In this document: positions 26,804-34,044 of the stretch, piece by piece
Layout: each line of letters opens with the position of its first letter
How positions within the stretch are numbered: the first letter of the stretch is position 1
From: a virus
Length of the DNA stretch: 43,890 nucleotides
Strand: one strand, 5' to 3'
Virus record (IMG/VR): IMGVR_UViG_3300045988_042144
Coordinates: 1 to 43,890 of that record
Position numbers and translations under genes: made by a program
Notes under the pieces: generated by a model
Database searches by the model: none
Seen by the model: the letters and a program-made list of their open reading frames with translations, nothing else
Told to the model about the DNA's origin: nothing

Positions 26804-27885
26804 TCTACAAGACGAAGGATGGCAAGACCGCTCCGGCAATCGCCGTGAAGACCGCAGAAGCGGCTGCCAAAGAATTCTCGGTTCCCGTGGGGCTGCTCCT
26901 GGGCACGGTGGAGCGCGAGAGCGATTTCCGGCTGGGGCTGGTGAGCACGGCGGGCGCGGTCGGTCCATGCCAGTTCAAGCCCAAGTACGCCAAGGACTAC
27001 TTCCGCTACGCGGGGTTTGAATTTGACCTCTACGGCTGGGGGAGCATCCGGGGCATGGCGGCGGTGTACGCCTACTACGCCAAGCTGGGCGAAAAGCGCT
27101 ACAGGTACACCGGCCTTAACAGCTGGCGGTACGCGCTGTGTGCGCACCGCTGGGGGCAGAACAGCCTGCAGGCGGTGAGCCTTGAATCCAAAGGCCGCGT
27201 GGAGGATGTCGAGGACTGCATGAGGCGGAACGGCCTCTGGTACGGTGAAAGCGTCATCGAGAAACCTCCCGAAGCGGTTGACGATGGCGTGCCGTCGCGC
27301 GCGGCGCAGTGGGCACTGTCCAAGGTAGGTTGCCGCTACAGTCAGTCAGAGCGCCTGAAGGAGAAGGTGTTTGACTGCTCCTCGCTGGTGGCGCGGGCAT
27401 ACGCGGCACAGGGCGTGGAGTGGGACAAGGTCGGCAGAGAGGTTCCGCTCTCCTGCGAGGAGGTCTACAGCGACCAGTTTGAACTGCTGTGGCCTGCCGA
27501 TTACACCAAGATCGGCAAGACATTCGGCGGCGTGAATATCATCAACAAGGCGCGTCAGCCGGGGGACGTGCAATTCCTCTGCACGAGCCGGTCGACGAGG
27601 AGAGCCAACAAGATCACCCATGTGACCATGGTGGCCAACCAAAGCGAGATCGTCCATGCCAGAGGGACGGCCTACGGCGTGCGCCGGGACGACATCGAAC
27701 TGTACAAGGGCAGGGTGTGCGCGGTGATCCGCTACAACCCCAACGCGCCGCTGCGGCTGGGAATGCGCGGTCTGCGCGTGAAGGTGCTGCAGGAGCGGCT
27801 GAACCGGCGCGGCGCGAACCTTGAGGCCGACGGCGTGTACGGCAAAAAGACTGCCGAGGCGGTCAAAAAATTCGGGGAGGCCTAA
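26800..27885 (+). CDS. Three-domain endolysin: lytic transglycosylase (SLT), NlpC/P60 peptidase, C-terminal PG_binding_1
   Basis: VERESDF...GAVGPCQF (SLT E-S / GLMQ-like); FDCSSLVARAY (NlpC/P60 Cys); LRVKVLQERLNRRGANLEADGVYGKKTAEAVKKF (PG binding); ATGA overlap with upstream gene. Confidence 0.8.
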   Translation: MIYKTKDGKTAPAIAVKTAEAAAKEFSVPVGLLLGTVERESDFRLGLVSTAGAVGPCQFKPKYAKDYFRYAGFEFDLYGWGSIRGMAAVYAYYAKLGEKRYRYTGLNSWRYALCAHRWGQNSLQAVSLESKGRVEDVEDCMRRNGLWYGESVIEKPPEAVDDGVPSRAAQWALSKVGCRYSQSERLKEKVFDCSSLVARAYAAQGVEWDKVGREVPLSCEEVYSDQFELLWPADYTKIGKTFGGVNIINKARQPGDVQFLCTSRSTRRANKITHVTMVANQSEIVHARGTAYGVRRDDIELYKGRVCAVIRYNPNAPLRLGMRGLRVKVLQERLNRRGANLEADGVYGKKTAEAVKKFGEA

Positions 27886-27886
27886 C

Positions 27887-28246
27887 ATGGACTGGATGGG
27901 TGTGCTGGATAAGGCGCTGGGCTGGGCGATCCCGGCCATCTGCGCCGGAGTCGTGAGCTGGTCTGTGGCGCGCGTGCGAGCGATGAACAAAGAACGCGCA
28001 GCCGACCGTGAACGCGACGCAGACGTGAGACAGGGGTTGCAGGCGCTGCTGAGAGACCGCATTATCAACGCGCACTCGCACTATATGAACAAGGGAGAGT
28101 ACCCGGTCTATGCCAGAGAAAATGTCAACGCGATGTATAAGAGCTATCACGCGCTGGGTGGGAACGGCACAGTCACGGCTATCGTCCGTGAGCTTGAGCA
28201 GCTTCCTACGCGGGAGGCGAACCATGAGGAGAAAGTGGACGCTTAG
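27887..28246 (+). CDS. Membrane protein (one N-terminal TM), holin- or lysis-associated candidate
   Basis: Internal ATG after GGGGAGG; TM LGWAIPAICAGVVSWSVARV. Confidence 0.5.
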   Translation: MDWMGVLDKALGWAIPAICAGVVSWSVARVRAMNKERAADRERDADVRQGLQALLRDRIINAHSHYMNKGEYPVYARENVNAMYKSYHALGGNGTVTAIVRELEQLPTREANHEEKVDA

Positions 28247-28475
28247 AAAGTACCTGCTGCTTGGGCTCGGTTTGCTCATGGCTGGAGGGATCGTGTACAG
28301 CTATCTCTTGGCCACGGAGGGCATGGATTCGAACGCGAGCGTAACCGAGCAGCTGATCACGGTGTTTGGCGGGGCGTTTATCGGCTATCTGCTGGCGGAC
28401 ACCGCTGATCATCACAGCCTCAACAAAACAGGAGCGTCGATAGACGATCCTAATGATACGGAAGGAGACGAATAA
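28224..28475 (+). CDS. Putative two-TM holin (83 aa)
   Basis: Two hydrophobic helices (LLLGLGLLMAGGIVYSYLL; LITVFGGAFIGYLLA) and an acidic C-terminus; GGGAGG RBS. Confidence 0.5.
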   Translation: MRRKWTLRKYLLLGLGLLMAGGIVYSYLLATEGMDSNASVTEQLITVFGGAFIGYLLADTADHHSLNKTGASIDDPNDTEGDE

Positions 28476-28477
28476 AG

Positions 28478-28786
28478 ATGGACAAGTGGATGTATGTGGT
28501 CATGGCCGTGTTGGCGGCGGGGATCGGAATGACGCTGTTTGTGGCCTTTATACTGTGGTACAAGGGCAAGCTCTCCGACGCGGACTTTGAGCGCGTCAAG
28601 GAGTGGGTGCGCATCGGCGTTGGCGCTGCAGAGCAGATTTTCGGCCCCAAGACGGGCGCACAGAAGAAGGCCTATGTGATCGGCCTGCTGGAAGCGATGG
28701 GCATTGAGGTCAACGATAAGATCAACGCACTCATCGAGGCCATGGTGGGCGAGCTGAATGCCAAGCCCACAGACAAGGAGAAGTAA
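28478..28786 (+). CDS. Putative holin, LL-H-like (single N-terminal TM)
   Basis: TM VVMAVLAAGIGMTLFVAFILWY then a charged region; about 100 aa; position in the lysis cassette. Confidence 0.5.
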   Translation: MDKWMYVVMAVLAAGIGMTLFVAFILWYKGKLSDADFERVKEWVRIGVGAAEQIFGPKTGAQKKAYVIGLLEAMGIEVNDKINALIEAMVGELNAKPTDKEK

Positions 28787-29023
28787 ATGCTTGCGGAGAT
28801 CAGCCATTGCACGCTTGCCGCAACCGAGTTGGGTGAGCTGATCGACGAGAACATCATCGGGAGAAACGCAGAGCGGAACAGATTGATCTGCCGCAGGGTT
28901 TTTCTGGACGGCGTTCCCTATGAGCGGGTAGCCGAGGAATTCGGCCTCTCCCGCACCCAGATCGTGCGCGTGCTCCAAGCGGGGTTCGGCGTGCTGGAAG
29001 GGAAAATACGACCATTTTCGTGA
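28787..29023 (+). CDS. Small sigma-70 region-4-like / LuxR-type HTH protein (78 aa)
   Basis: RVFLDGVPYERVAEEFGLSRTQIVRVLQAG resembles sigma region 4; a perfect palindrome TTTTCGTGA-GG-TCACGAAAA overlaps its stop. Confidence 0.5.
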   Translation: MLAEISHCTLAATELGELIDENIIGRNAERNRLICRRVFLDGVPYERVAEEFGLSRTQIVRVLQAGFGVLEGKIRPFS

Positions 29024-29053
29024 GGTCACGAAAATGATATGAAACAGGGCATA

Positions 29054-29095
29054 AACAGGCTCTTTCGCGTAATCGCGAAGGGGCCTGTTTTTTTG
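29054..29095 (+). terminator. Strong rho-independent terminator ending the late/lysis operon
   Basis: Long stem AACAGGCTCTTTCGCG-TAAT-CGCGAAGGGGCCTGTT followed by T7. Confidence 0.8.
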
Positions 29096-29121
29096 CACAA
29101 TAAAAGCAGGAGGTGCGGCAA

Positions 29122-29496
29122 ATGAGCAATTACATGAACCCCTACATGAATCCGTATGGGCAGCGTCCCATGTGGCAGCAGCCCGTCACGCCTCAGATGC
29201 CCGCCAGACAGCTTCTGCGCGTGTCGGGGATCAACGGTGCCAAGGCTTTCCAGATGAACCCGAACGAGGTCGTGGCGCTGTTTGACGAGGGCGACGACAT
29301 CCTCTATGTCAAGTCCACCGACAGCGCAGGATTCCCGACGATACGGCGCTTCCGCTTTGCAGAAGAGGCGGAGACTCCTGCGCCCGCTCCGCCCCCGGCG
29401 GAATACGTCACCCGGAAAGAGTTCGACGAGCTGAAAGGAATGGTGATGGCTTATGGCAAGCAGCCTGTTTCGGAACCTCCCGCCCAGCAGGCCTAA
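29122..29496 (+). CDS. Hypothetical Tyr/Pro-rich protein (MSNYMNPYMNPYGQRP..., 124 aa)
   Basis: ATG nine nt after AGCAGGAGG; ORF track 29113..29496. Confidence 0.5.
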   Translation: MSNYMNPYMNPYGQRPMWQQPVTPQMPARQLLRVSGINGAKAFQMNPNEVVALFDEGDDILYVKSTDSAGFPTIRRFRFAEEAETPAPAPPPAEYVTRKEFDELKGMVMAYGKQPVSEPPAQQA

Positions 29497-29662
29497 CAAC
29501 CCGCTGCAGATGATCGCGGAATTCAAAAAATTCGCGCAGGGCATGACTCCTCAAAAGGCAGAGCAGGAGATCAACCGCCTGCTCCAGTCCGGCCAGATGA
29601 GCCAGCAGCAATTTGAGCAGCTCAAGGAGCAGGCTCAGGACTTTATGCAATTTTTGAAGTAA
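29453..29662 (+). CDS. Small Gln-rich hypothetical protein (start uncertain; overlaps the previous gene out of frame)
   Basis: ORF track only; no clear RBS. Confidence 0.3.
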   Translation: MASSLFRNLPPSRPNNPLQMIAEFKKFAQGMTPQKAEQEINRLLQSGQMSQQQFEQLKEQAQDFMQFLK

Positions 29663-29705
29663 GCCGGTGCGCAACGGTTTGCGAATAAATGAAAGGAGAA
29701 TCACC

Positions 29706-30311
29706 ATGGAAAACTTCAGTCTTTCCGACATCGCTGCCGCGACTCGCGGCAATGACGGTGAGGGATTCGGCAGCGGCTGGTTCCTGATCGTCGTGCTCTT
29801 CCTCTTCATGTTTGGCTTCGGCGGCAACGGCTGGAATCGCCAGATCGACTACGGCCAGTATGCGACCGCTGCCAGCCAGCAGGAAATCCTGTTCGGCCAG
29901 CAGTTCGGCCAGGTCAACGACCGCCTGACCAATCTGGGCAACGGCATCTGCAGCCTTGGCTACGAGATGCAGGGCGGCATCGGTCAGCTCGGCAAGGAGA
30001 TGGCGCTGGCGCAGAACGGCACGAACATGGCTCTCATGCAGACCGGCAACGCCATTCAGGGGCAGCTGGCAGAGTACTGCTGCAACACCCAGCGCGCTAT
30101 CGACGGCGTGAACGCGAACATCGATGCGAAGTTTGCGGCGCTGGAAAAGTCCCAGCTCGAACAGCGCATTACGCAGCTTGAGCAGTCGAACAACCAGCTC
30201 TTCGTCCGTGAGCAGCTGTACGGCGTAGTCCGCTATCCCAACGGCTACTCCTACAACGCGGGGCCTTCGCCCTTCTGCAATGGCGGCTGCTGCAACGGCA
30301 ACAACTTCTAG
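29706..30311 (+). CDS. Membrane protein with an N-terminal Gly-rich TM (GFGSGWFLIVVLFLFMFGFGGNGW), Gln/Asn-rich coiled coil and Cys-rich C-terminus (FCNGGCCNGNNF); YjcZ-like sporulation-protein resemblance
   Basis: Internal ATG after AAAGGAGAA; sequence features read directly. Confidence 0.5.
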   Translation: MENFSLSDIAAATRGNDGEGFGSGWFLIVVLFLFMFGFGGNGWNRQIDYGQYATAASQQEILFGQQFGQVNDRLTNLGNGICSLGYEMQGGIGQLGKEMALAQNGTNMALMQTGNAIQGQLAEYCCNTQRAIDGVNANIDAKFAALEKSQLEQRITQLEQSNNQLFVREQLYGVVRYPNGYSYNAGPSPFCNGGCCNGNNF

Positions 30312-30333
30312 GCCCTGTTGGCCGACTTTGAAA

Positions 30334-30358
30334 GGCAGGGCAATCCCTGCCTTTTTTG
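30334..30358 (+). terminator. Rho-independent terminator
   Basis: GGCAGGG-CAAT-CCCTGCC followed by T6. Confidence 0.75.
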
Positions 30359-30374
30359 CGAAAGGAGAAGAATC

Positions 30375-30779
30375 ATGGCAAAGAGTCTGATCTATACGGT
30401 AAACACCACGGGCGCCGCCGCGCCGATCGGCAGCACCGTCCCTGTGGGCAGCGTCATCCGGCGGTACGGCAAGTGCATCAGCGCCGAGGGCGAGAGCATC
30501 GTGCTGCTTGAGCCGGGAGATTATCTTGTGACGATGACCGCGACCGCGACGGCAGCGACCGTCGGAAACGTGGCGCTTGGCATCCAGCAGGACGGCGTCG
30601 CCGTGCCGGGAGCGACCGCAACGGAGACCGTTGCGACAGCAGGCACCGAATACGTCAATCTGTCGTTCGCTCCCATCGTGCGCGTGAGATGCTGCGGCAA
30701 TGCGCGTCTCACCGTTGTGGTTGCCGGTACGACTGAGCCGACGATCACCAACATGGCGATTGGAGTGGTTAAGGTATGA
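30375..30779 (+). CDS. BclA C-terminal-domain-like (TNF/C1q-like jelly-roll) protein, exosporium-protein-like
   Basis: GDYLVTMTATATAATVGNVALGIQQDGVAVPGATATE...APIVRVR...LTVVVAGTTEPTITNMAIGVVKV parallels the BclA CTD pattern (G.Y.IT.IANTATASVLG..TIQVNGVPVPG...APIVIQ...VIVTG...IIIEKV). Confidence 0.55.
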   Translation: MAKSLIYTVNTTGAAAPIGSTVPVGSVIRRYGKCISAEGESIVLLEPGDYLVTMTATATAATVGNVALGIQQDGVAVPGATATETVATAGTEYVNLSFAPIVRVRCCGNARLTVVVAGTTEPTITNMAIGVVKV

Positions 30780-31078
30780 TGGACGAGTTGACGATGCTCT
30801 ACGAGCAGATCGACGAAGAGATCAACGATGCGCGGGACTATGCCAAGGACGCGATGCACTTCCGCGAGAAGAACCCCGGCATGGCGCAGGCATACATCAA
30901 ACTTTCATCTGACGAGCTGCAGCACGCGCAGGTCCTGCAGGGACTGGCGATGCAGCAAAAAAAGGAGCACCCGTCCTCCGAGGAGGCGCGGATGCTCATG
31001 GAATGGATCAGAGCTTGTCAGGACGAGCGCATGAAAGATGTTGTGAAGACTCACGAAGCGTACCAGAAGAGCCGATAA
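30776..31078 (+). CDS. Hypothetical helical protein (100 aa)
   Basis: ORF overlapping the previous stop. Confidence 0.45.
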   Translation: MMDELTMLYEQIDEEINDARDYAKDAMHFREKNPGMAQAYIKLSSDELQHAQVLQGLAMQQKKEHPSSEEARMLMEWIRACQDERMKDVVKTHEAYQKSR

Positions 31079-31104
31079 GGGCATACAACATTTGTGCTTT
31101 CTGC

Positions 31105-31372
31105 GTTTTGACGACAGTTTGACGACATTTTACACCCTTTTACAGCTTGTTACACCTGCTGTGTAGCGCACGAAATGCCTGAATTATCGACTTTTTCGGC
31201 ATTTCTTAAAGTCAGCAGATAAGTTTCAGGTACTAGTGAAGATCCCTTCATGCAGGTTCAAGTCCTGTTTCTCGCACCATCGAAAAATCCCTTGATTCAG
31301 GCAAAAACTTGAGTTAAGGGATTTTTTGTGTTCGTTATGAAGGTATAACTTGACGACACTTTGACGACACTT
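31105..31372. other. attP-like region: tRNA 3'-end fragment (about 31240-31279, T-arm GCAGGTTCAAGTCCTGT plus acceptor 3' strand TTCTCGC-A-CCA) flanked by arm-type direct repeats TTGACGACA-N-TTTGACGACA at 31108-31127 and 31350-31369
   Basis: Sequence read directly; adjacent to the integrase 3' end; no 5' half of a tRNA is present. Confidence 0.5.
31281..31330. terminator. Bidirectional terminator between the late operon end and the integrase 3' end
   Basis: AAATCCCTTGATTCAGG / CTTGAGTTAAGGGATTT imperfect inverted repeat flanked by an A-run and a T-run. Confidence 0.55.
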
Positions 31373-32486
31373 GTACCGAGTTTTCGGTTTTTGAGGAAGC
31401 GATTCCGAGGGCTTCACGCAACATTTTTACATCTTCCTTGACGTATACGTTGGCTGTAACATTGATGTCTCTGTGGCCCAGAACTTTGGCGATGGTGTAA
31501 ATATCAACGCCGTCTCGGCGGAGTTTGGTTCCGTAGGTATGGCGGAGTTCGTGCGCAGTGACCATCGGAATGTCCGGGCGTAGCTTGCAGGCGCGCCGCA
31601 TGAAGGAAGCCATCCTCTTTGACCACGCATTTGGGCTCTGGAGATTCCCCAGTTTGTTGGGGAATAAGTACAACCCCTCGCGCGGAACGCCTCTGAGAAT
31701 GGCGCTGGCGGCCTCTGAGAGAGGATTGGTGCGGTAGGAGTCCTTCTTCGGCGGACGGATCACCACGCCCTTTCCGCGCACATCCGCGAGGGATCGGTTC
31801 ACGGAATAGGTTCCCTCCGACAGATTGATGTCGCTCCACATCAAACCGAGCATCTCACCGCGCCGCATCCCGGTTTCCAGCAGCAGCGCGATCTCCGGCA
31901 TATTCTCCTGCAGGGCGAACTGCTCCAAGAAGGCAATCTGATCGTCCGGTAGGGCATGCTTCTCATGCTCCTCTGCATCGCTGGAGAAGTTGATGTGTTT
32001 GGCGGGATTTGCCCGCAGGATACCATTGTCCACGGCGGTGTCGAAGATGCCCATCAGGCACATATGCATCTTTTTGAGCATGGATACGGAATAATCCGTC
32101 TTCGCCGCGTAGAATTTCTGGATGTTGATGGGCTTGATGTTGATGAGCTTCAGCCTTCCGAGCGCAGGCGAGAGGTGATTCCGTATGGTGTTCTCGTAGG
32201 TGAACTGATAGGTGTTTTCGTCCACATGAGGCTGGATGTAGGTTTTCAGCCATTCCTGCGCCCACTCTCTGAAGGTTACATCGTCGTCGATGATCTCGGC
32301 GGCGGATCGCAATGCAGACTCGGATTGAATCTTGTACTCTTCCGCCTGACGCACCGCGTCGGCCTTTGAGACATCAGAGTAAAAGGATTTGCGGATTGGC
32401 TTGCCGTGGATGTCGGTCCCGACGGTGATTTTGACTTCGTATCGCCCGTCGTTGCGGTTGGGCTTGGCTTTTTTTGGCCGTGGCAT
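31335..32486 (-). CDS. int: Tyrosine site-specific integrase
   Basis: C-terminal catalytic signature ...HELRHTYGTKLRRDGVDIYTIAKVLGHRDINVTANVY (R..H..R..Y); 383 aa. Confidence 0.9.
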   Translation of the reverse strand: MPRPKKAKPNRNDGRYEVKITVGTDIHGKPIRKSFYSDVSKADAVRQAEEYKIQSESALRSAAEIIDDDVTFREWAQEWLKTYIQPHVDENTYQFTYENTIRNHLSPALGRLKLINIKPINIQKFYAAKTDYSVSMLKKMHMCLMGIFDTAVDNGILRANPAKHINFSSDAEEHEKHALPDDQIAFLEQFALQENMPEIALLLETGMRRGEMLGLMWSDINLSEGTYSVNRSLADVRGKGVVIRPPKKDSYRTNPLSEAASAILRGVPREGLYLFPNKLGNLQSPNAWSKRMASFMRRACKLRPDIPMVTAHELRHTYGTKLRRDGVDIYTIAKVLGHRDINVTANVYVKEDVKMLREALGIASSKTENSVQVSSKCRQVIPS

Positions 32487-32582
32487 GAAAATTCCCCTTT
32501 CTTTTTGTCGAAAAATGCGCTACAATATAGATGCATGGCATGACCTTTCCGGTGGTCAGGATGCGTGCGCTACAAGGTAACT

Positions 32583-32620
32583 CCCCTCAGACGTTGCGGG
32601 TCTGAGGGGAACTTTTTTTT
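32583..32620 (+). terminator. Rho-independent terminator (plus-strand polarity) between int and the XRE-TM gene
   Basis: CCCCTCAGA-CGTTGCGGG-TCTGAGGGG followed by T8. Confidence 0.65.
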
Positions 32621-33176
32621 ACCCTCGATAAATGCCTTTGGTGCTGTCCGCCATATCAAACGCGAAGTAGGCAAAGCCCGCGTAAACCATGACGATGATG
32701 AGAAGGACGATAACAAGAACAAAGCAAACGAACAGCACGCGCTTATCCCGTGAGGCCGTCTGGAATTCCCGTATGGCGATGTCGAGACGAGCGTCGATTT
32801 CGGAGAGTTTGCCGGACATTTCCTCGTTCTCCCTTCGCAGTTCGCGCATCCGGCGTTTGAAGTCGATCTCCATGCTCTGGGCAACGTCGCGCTCATCGGC
32901 GAGCTGCTGCTCCAGCGTGTTGATCTCCTCCTGCGTTTCTGGATCGAGCGGCGTGCCGTCGAGCGCCAGAAGTTCGGAAACGGAATAGCCGTAGACGGAT
33001 GCGATGCGCTCCATCGTGTCGATAGAGGGAGATTTGACGCGCTTGTTGCAGTAGTTGTAAACGGTGGTGCGGCCAACGCCGCTCTGCTCGGAGATCTGAT
33101 CGAGCGTGTATGCGTTATCCGTATACAGCTTAGACAGCATATCCAGAGCTTTTTCGATGGTGGTGGTGATAGCCAT
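32619..33176 (-). CDS. XRE-family HTH regulator with a central coiled coil and a C-terminal transmembrane anchor (tail-anchored membrane repressor candidate)
   Basis: N-terminal HTH (LDQISEQSGVGRTTVYNYCNKR); C-terminal LFVCFVLVIVLLIIVMVYAGFAYFAF. Confidence 0.7.
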   Translation of the reverse strand: MAITTTIEKALDMLSKLYTDNAYTLDQISEQSGVGRTTVYNYCNKRVKSPSIDTMERIASVYGYSVSELLALDGTPLDPETQEEINTLEQQLADERDVAQSMEIDFKRRMRELRRENEEMSGKLSEIDARLDIAIREFQTASRDKRVLFVCFVLVIVLLIIVMVYAGFAYFAFDMADSTKGIYRG

Positions 33177-33424
33177 TCCTCCTTTCTGTGTGCGCGGGAA
33201 ATGACAAATTCAGGCGAAATTCAGCCCATGTCCAGCATCATGAATGCGGATGCGGTAACCCGATATGGATTTCCGCATCCGCTGGGTGTACGCTGTTCTT
33301 GACGGCGGGCTTCCTCCTGTAACCCCCTTGAGCCATGAGCCGCCGACCGCCGCGCCGCCGCAACAGGCGCGGCGGATTTTACCGGACTATGATGCGTCAG
33401 CGCATGGATATATAGGAGGCAAAC

Positions 33425-33523
33425 ATGTTGGGGATCACCATCGAGATGCTGAACAAACTGACCGACGAACAACTCCGAATCGTATTGCTGTTCTTGCAGA
33501 CGTTGCTGAATGCGCCGGATTAA
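33425..33523 (+). CDS. Candidate 32-aa micro-protein MLGITIEMLNKLTDEQLRIVLLFLQTLLNAPD
   Basis: Consensus AGGAGG eight nt upstream of the ATG; followed directly by a bidirectional terminator; below the ORF-track size cutoff. Confidence 0.35.
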   Translation: MLGITIEMLNKLTDEQLRIVLLFLQTLLNAPD

Positions 33524-33527
33524 AACC

Positions 33528-33566
33528 AATGGCAGGTGAGGTTATTCCTCGCCTGCCATTAGTTTT
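33528..33566. terminator. Bidirectional terminator (14-bp stem) overlapping the stop of the repressor gene
   Basis: AATGGCAGGTGAGG-TTATT-CCTCGCCTGCCATT followed by GTTTTT; A/T-rich on the other side. Confidence 0.7.
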
Positions 33567-33907
33567 TCCAAGTCAATCAGGACTTGCCATTGGGATTCGT
33601 CCAGCTTGCTCAGAGCGTACAGCAGACGTTTTTTGTAGCTTTCGTCGGTGTCCTTGAGGATCGTGCCGAAGAACACGGCCAGCTCCTCGTTGCGCGTTTG
33701 CGGGAGGAACATCTCCCCCTCGCCGGTGCGCAGCCATTGTTCACTGACTCCGTATGTATTACATATCAAGTCAACCAGCAGCGGCTTTGGCGCGGTCTTA
33801 TGCAGTTCAATATTTGTAATCGCCCCGCGTGTCAACCCTAGCCTGCCCGCAAATTCGTCTTGCGATAGGTTCAGAGCTTTTCGCAGGATTCGGATGCGGT
33901 CGTTCAT
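33542..33907 (-). CDS. CI-like XRE-family repressor (HTH only, 121 aa)
   Basis: LRKALNLSQDEFAGRLGLTRGAITNIE HTH; divergent from an operator-bearing promoter region; AGGAGG RBS. Confidence 0.8.
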   Translation of the reverse strand: MNDRIRILRKALNLSQDEFAGRLGLTRGAITNIELHKTAPKPLLVDLICNTYGVSEQWLRTGEGEMFLPQTRNEELAVFFGTILKDTDESYKKRLLYALSKLDESQWQVLIDLEKLMAGEE

Positions 33908-33929
33908 TAGATCACCTCCTTTGATAAAG

Positions 33930-34020
33930 AGTGTAGCACTTTTTTATCGTATTGTCAATACAAAAAACACATAAAAATTTGCTCAAATGCATTGACAATA
34001 CGATAATAGCATGGTATTAT
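33930..34020. promoter_or_regulatory. Genetic-switch region. Two inverted copies of the operator TATCGTATTGTCAATAC (33945-33961 and 33990-34005, each containing an ATTG-N-CAAT core). They overlap the -35 boxes of divergent promoters: rightward P (-35 TTGACA 33992-97, 17 nt, extended -10 TGgTATTAT 34012-20) and leftward repressor P (-35 TTGACA, reverse complement of 33953-58; -10 TACACT, reverse complement of 33930-35)
   Basis: All elements read directly from the sequence on both strands. Confidence 0.65.
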
Positions 34021-34044
34021 GTATTTGTGATACAGAGCAACTGC

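Noticed and set aside
31240-31279. Complete tRNA gene
   Set aside because: Only the T-arm and 3' acceptor strand are recognisable. No matching 5' acceptor strand (GCGAGAA) or anticodon arm lies upstream, so it is an attP-type fragment, not a functional tRNA.
33221-33657. ORFs 33221..33529(-) and 33265..33657(+) in the repressor-proximal gap
   Set aside because: No RBS and biased composition. They overlap the better-supported 32-aa ORF, the terminator and each other.
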